DNA of 64,000 nucleotides from Octopus bimaculoides. Its lineage: Eukaryota. The notes below the pieces were generated by a model. It searched no databases and was not told the origin of the DNA. It saw only the letters and a list, made by a program, of their open reading frames with translations. The stretch covers positions 44,778,341 to 44,842,340 of the forward strand of contig NC_068995.1 of the NCBI RefSeq assembly GCF_001194135.2, written 5' to 3'. The translations under genes and the position numbers were made by a program. Positions 63,690 through 64,000 of the stretch are shown in pieces; within the stretch, counting starts at the first letter, position 1, and every line of letters starts with the position of its first letter.

Positions 63690-64000
63690 GTACACTCGCT
63701 TCTAATGAAATATGTTGCTACCAGGTTCTCTACCTGCTTGTCTGTCTGTCTCACTTCATAATTTATTCATCTCGTTATCTCTTTAATGTGTCTGTTTGAT
63801 TTGTTGGCTAATGATTTCGAGGTTTGATAATTCTATATTCATTTATTCTATTGTTTCACTTTGTGATACAGTAAATATACTTAACACCAACAAGAGAGCC
63901 GCTACATGGTGGAACGACATTCTAGAAATAGCAACCAAATCTCCCTTATATTACACCCCGTCGCCTGGGAGAAATAGAATAATGCTAATCTTTGATATAC

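Overview
Gappy eukaryotic draft-assembly window with about 5.8 kb of N in 15 gaps. It is AT-rich, CpG-depleted and saturated with microsatellites and short interspersed repeats. The repeat repertoire points to a coleoid cephalopod, most likely Octopus (inference from repeat style, not a database result): several tRNA-derived SINE families, RTE-tailed SINEs, TTAA-bounded MITEs and TTAGGG-like tracts. No host protein-coding gene can be named. Nearly all ORFs in the supplied track are artefacts of N runs or of simple repeats. Recognisable coding remnants are all decayed mobile elements: RTE-clade LINE RT pieces, a CRE-like restriction-endonuclease tail, a Penelope-like GIY-YIG tail and a Tc1-like transposase N-terminus. 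The window reads as large-intron or intergenic DNA. The most interesting non-routine signals are a pre-miRNA-like hairpin at about 60.5 kb, relic Penelope-type minimal hammerhead ribozyme motifs at about 13.5-13.8 kb, a candidate exon with a nearby imperfect complementary sequence (ADAR-substrate-like) at about 15.3-15.7 kb, inverted SINE/MITE arrays able to form long dsRNA, and several candidate small exons with compatible splice phases. All of these are hypotheses to test.
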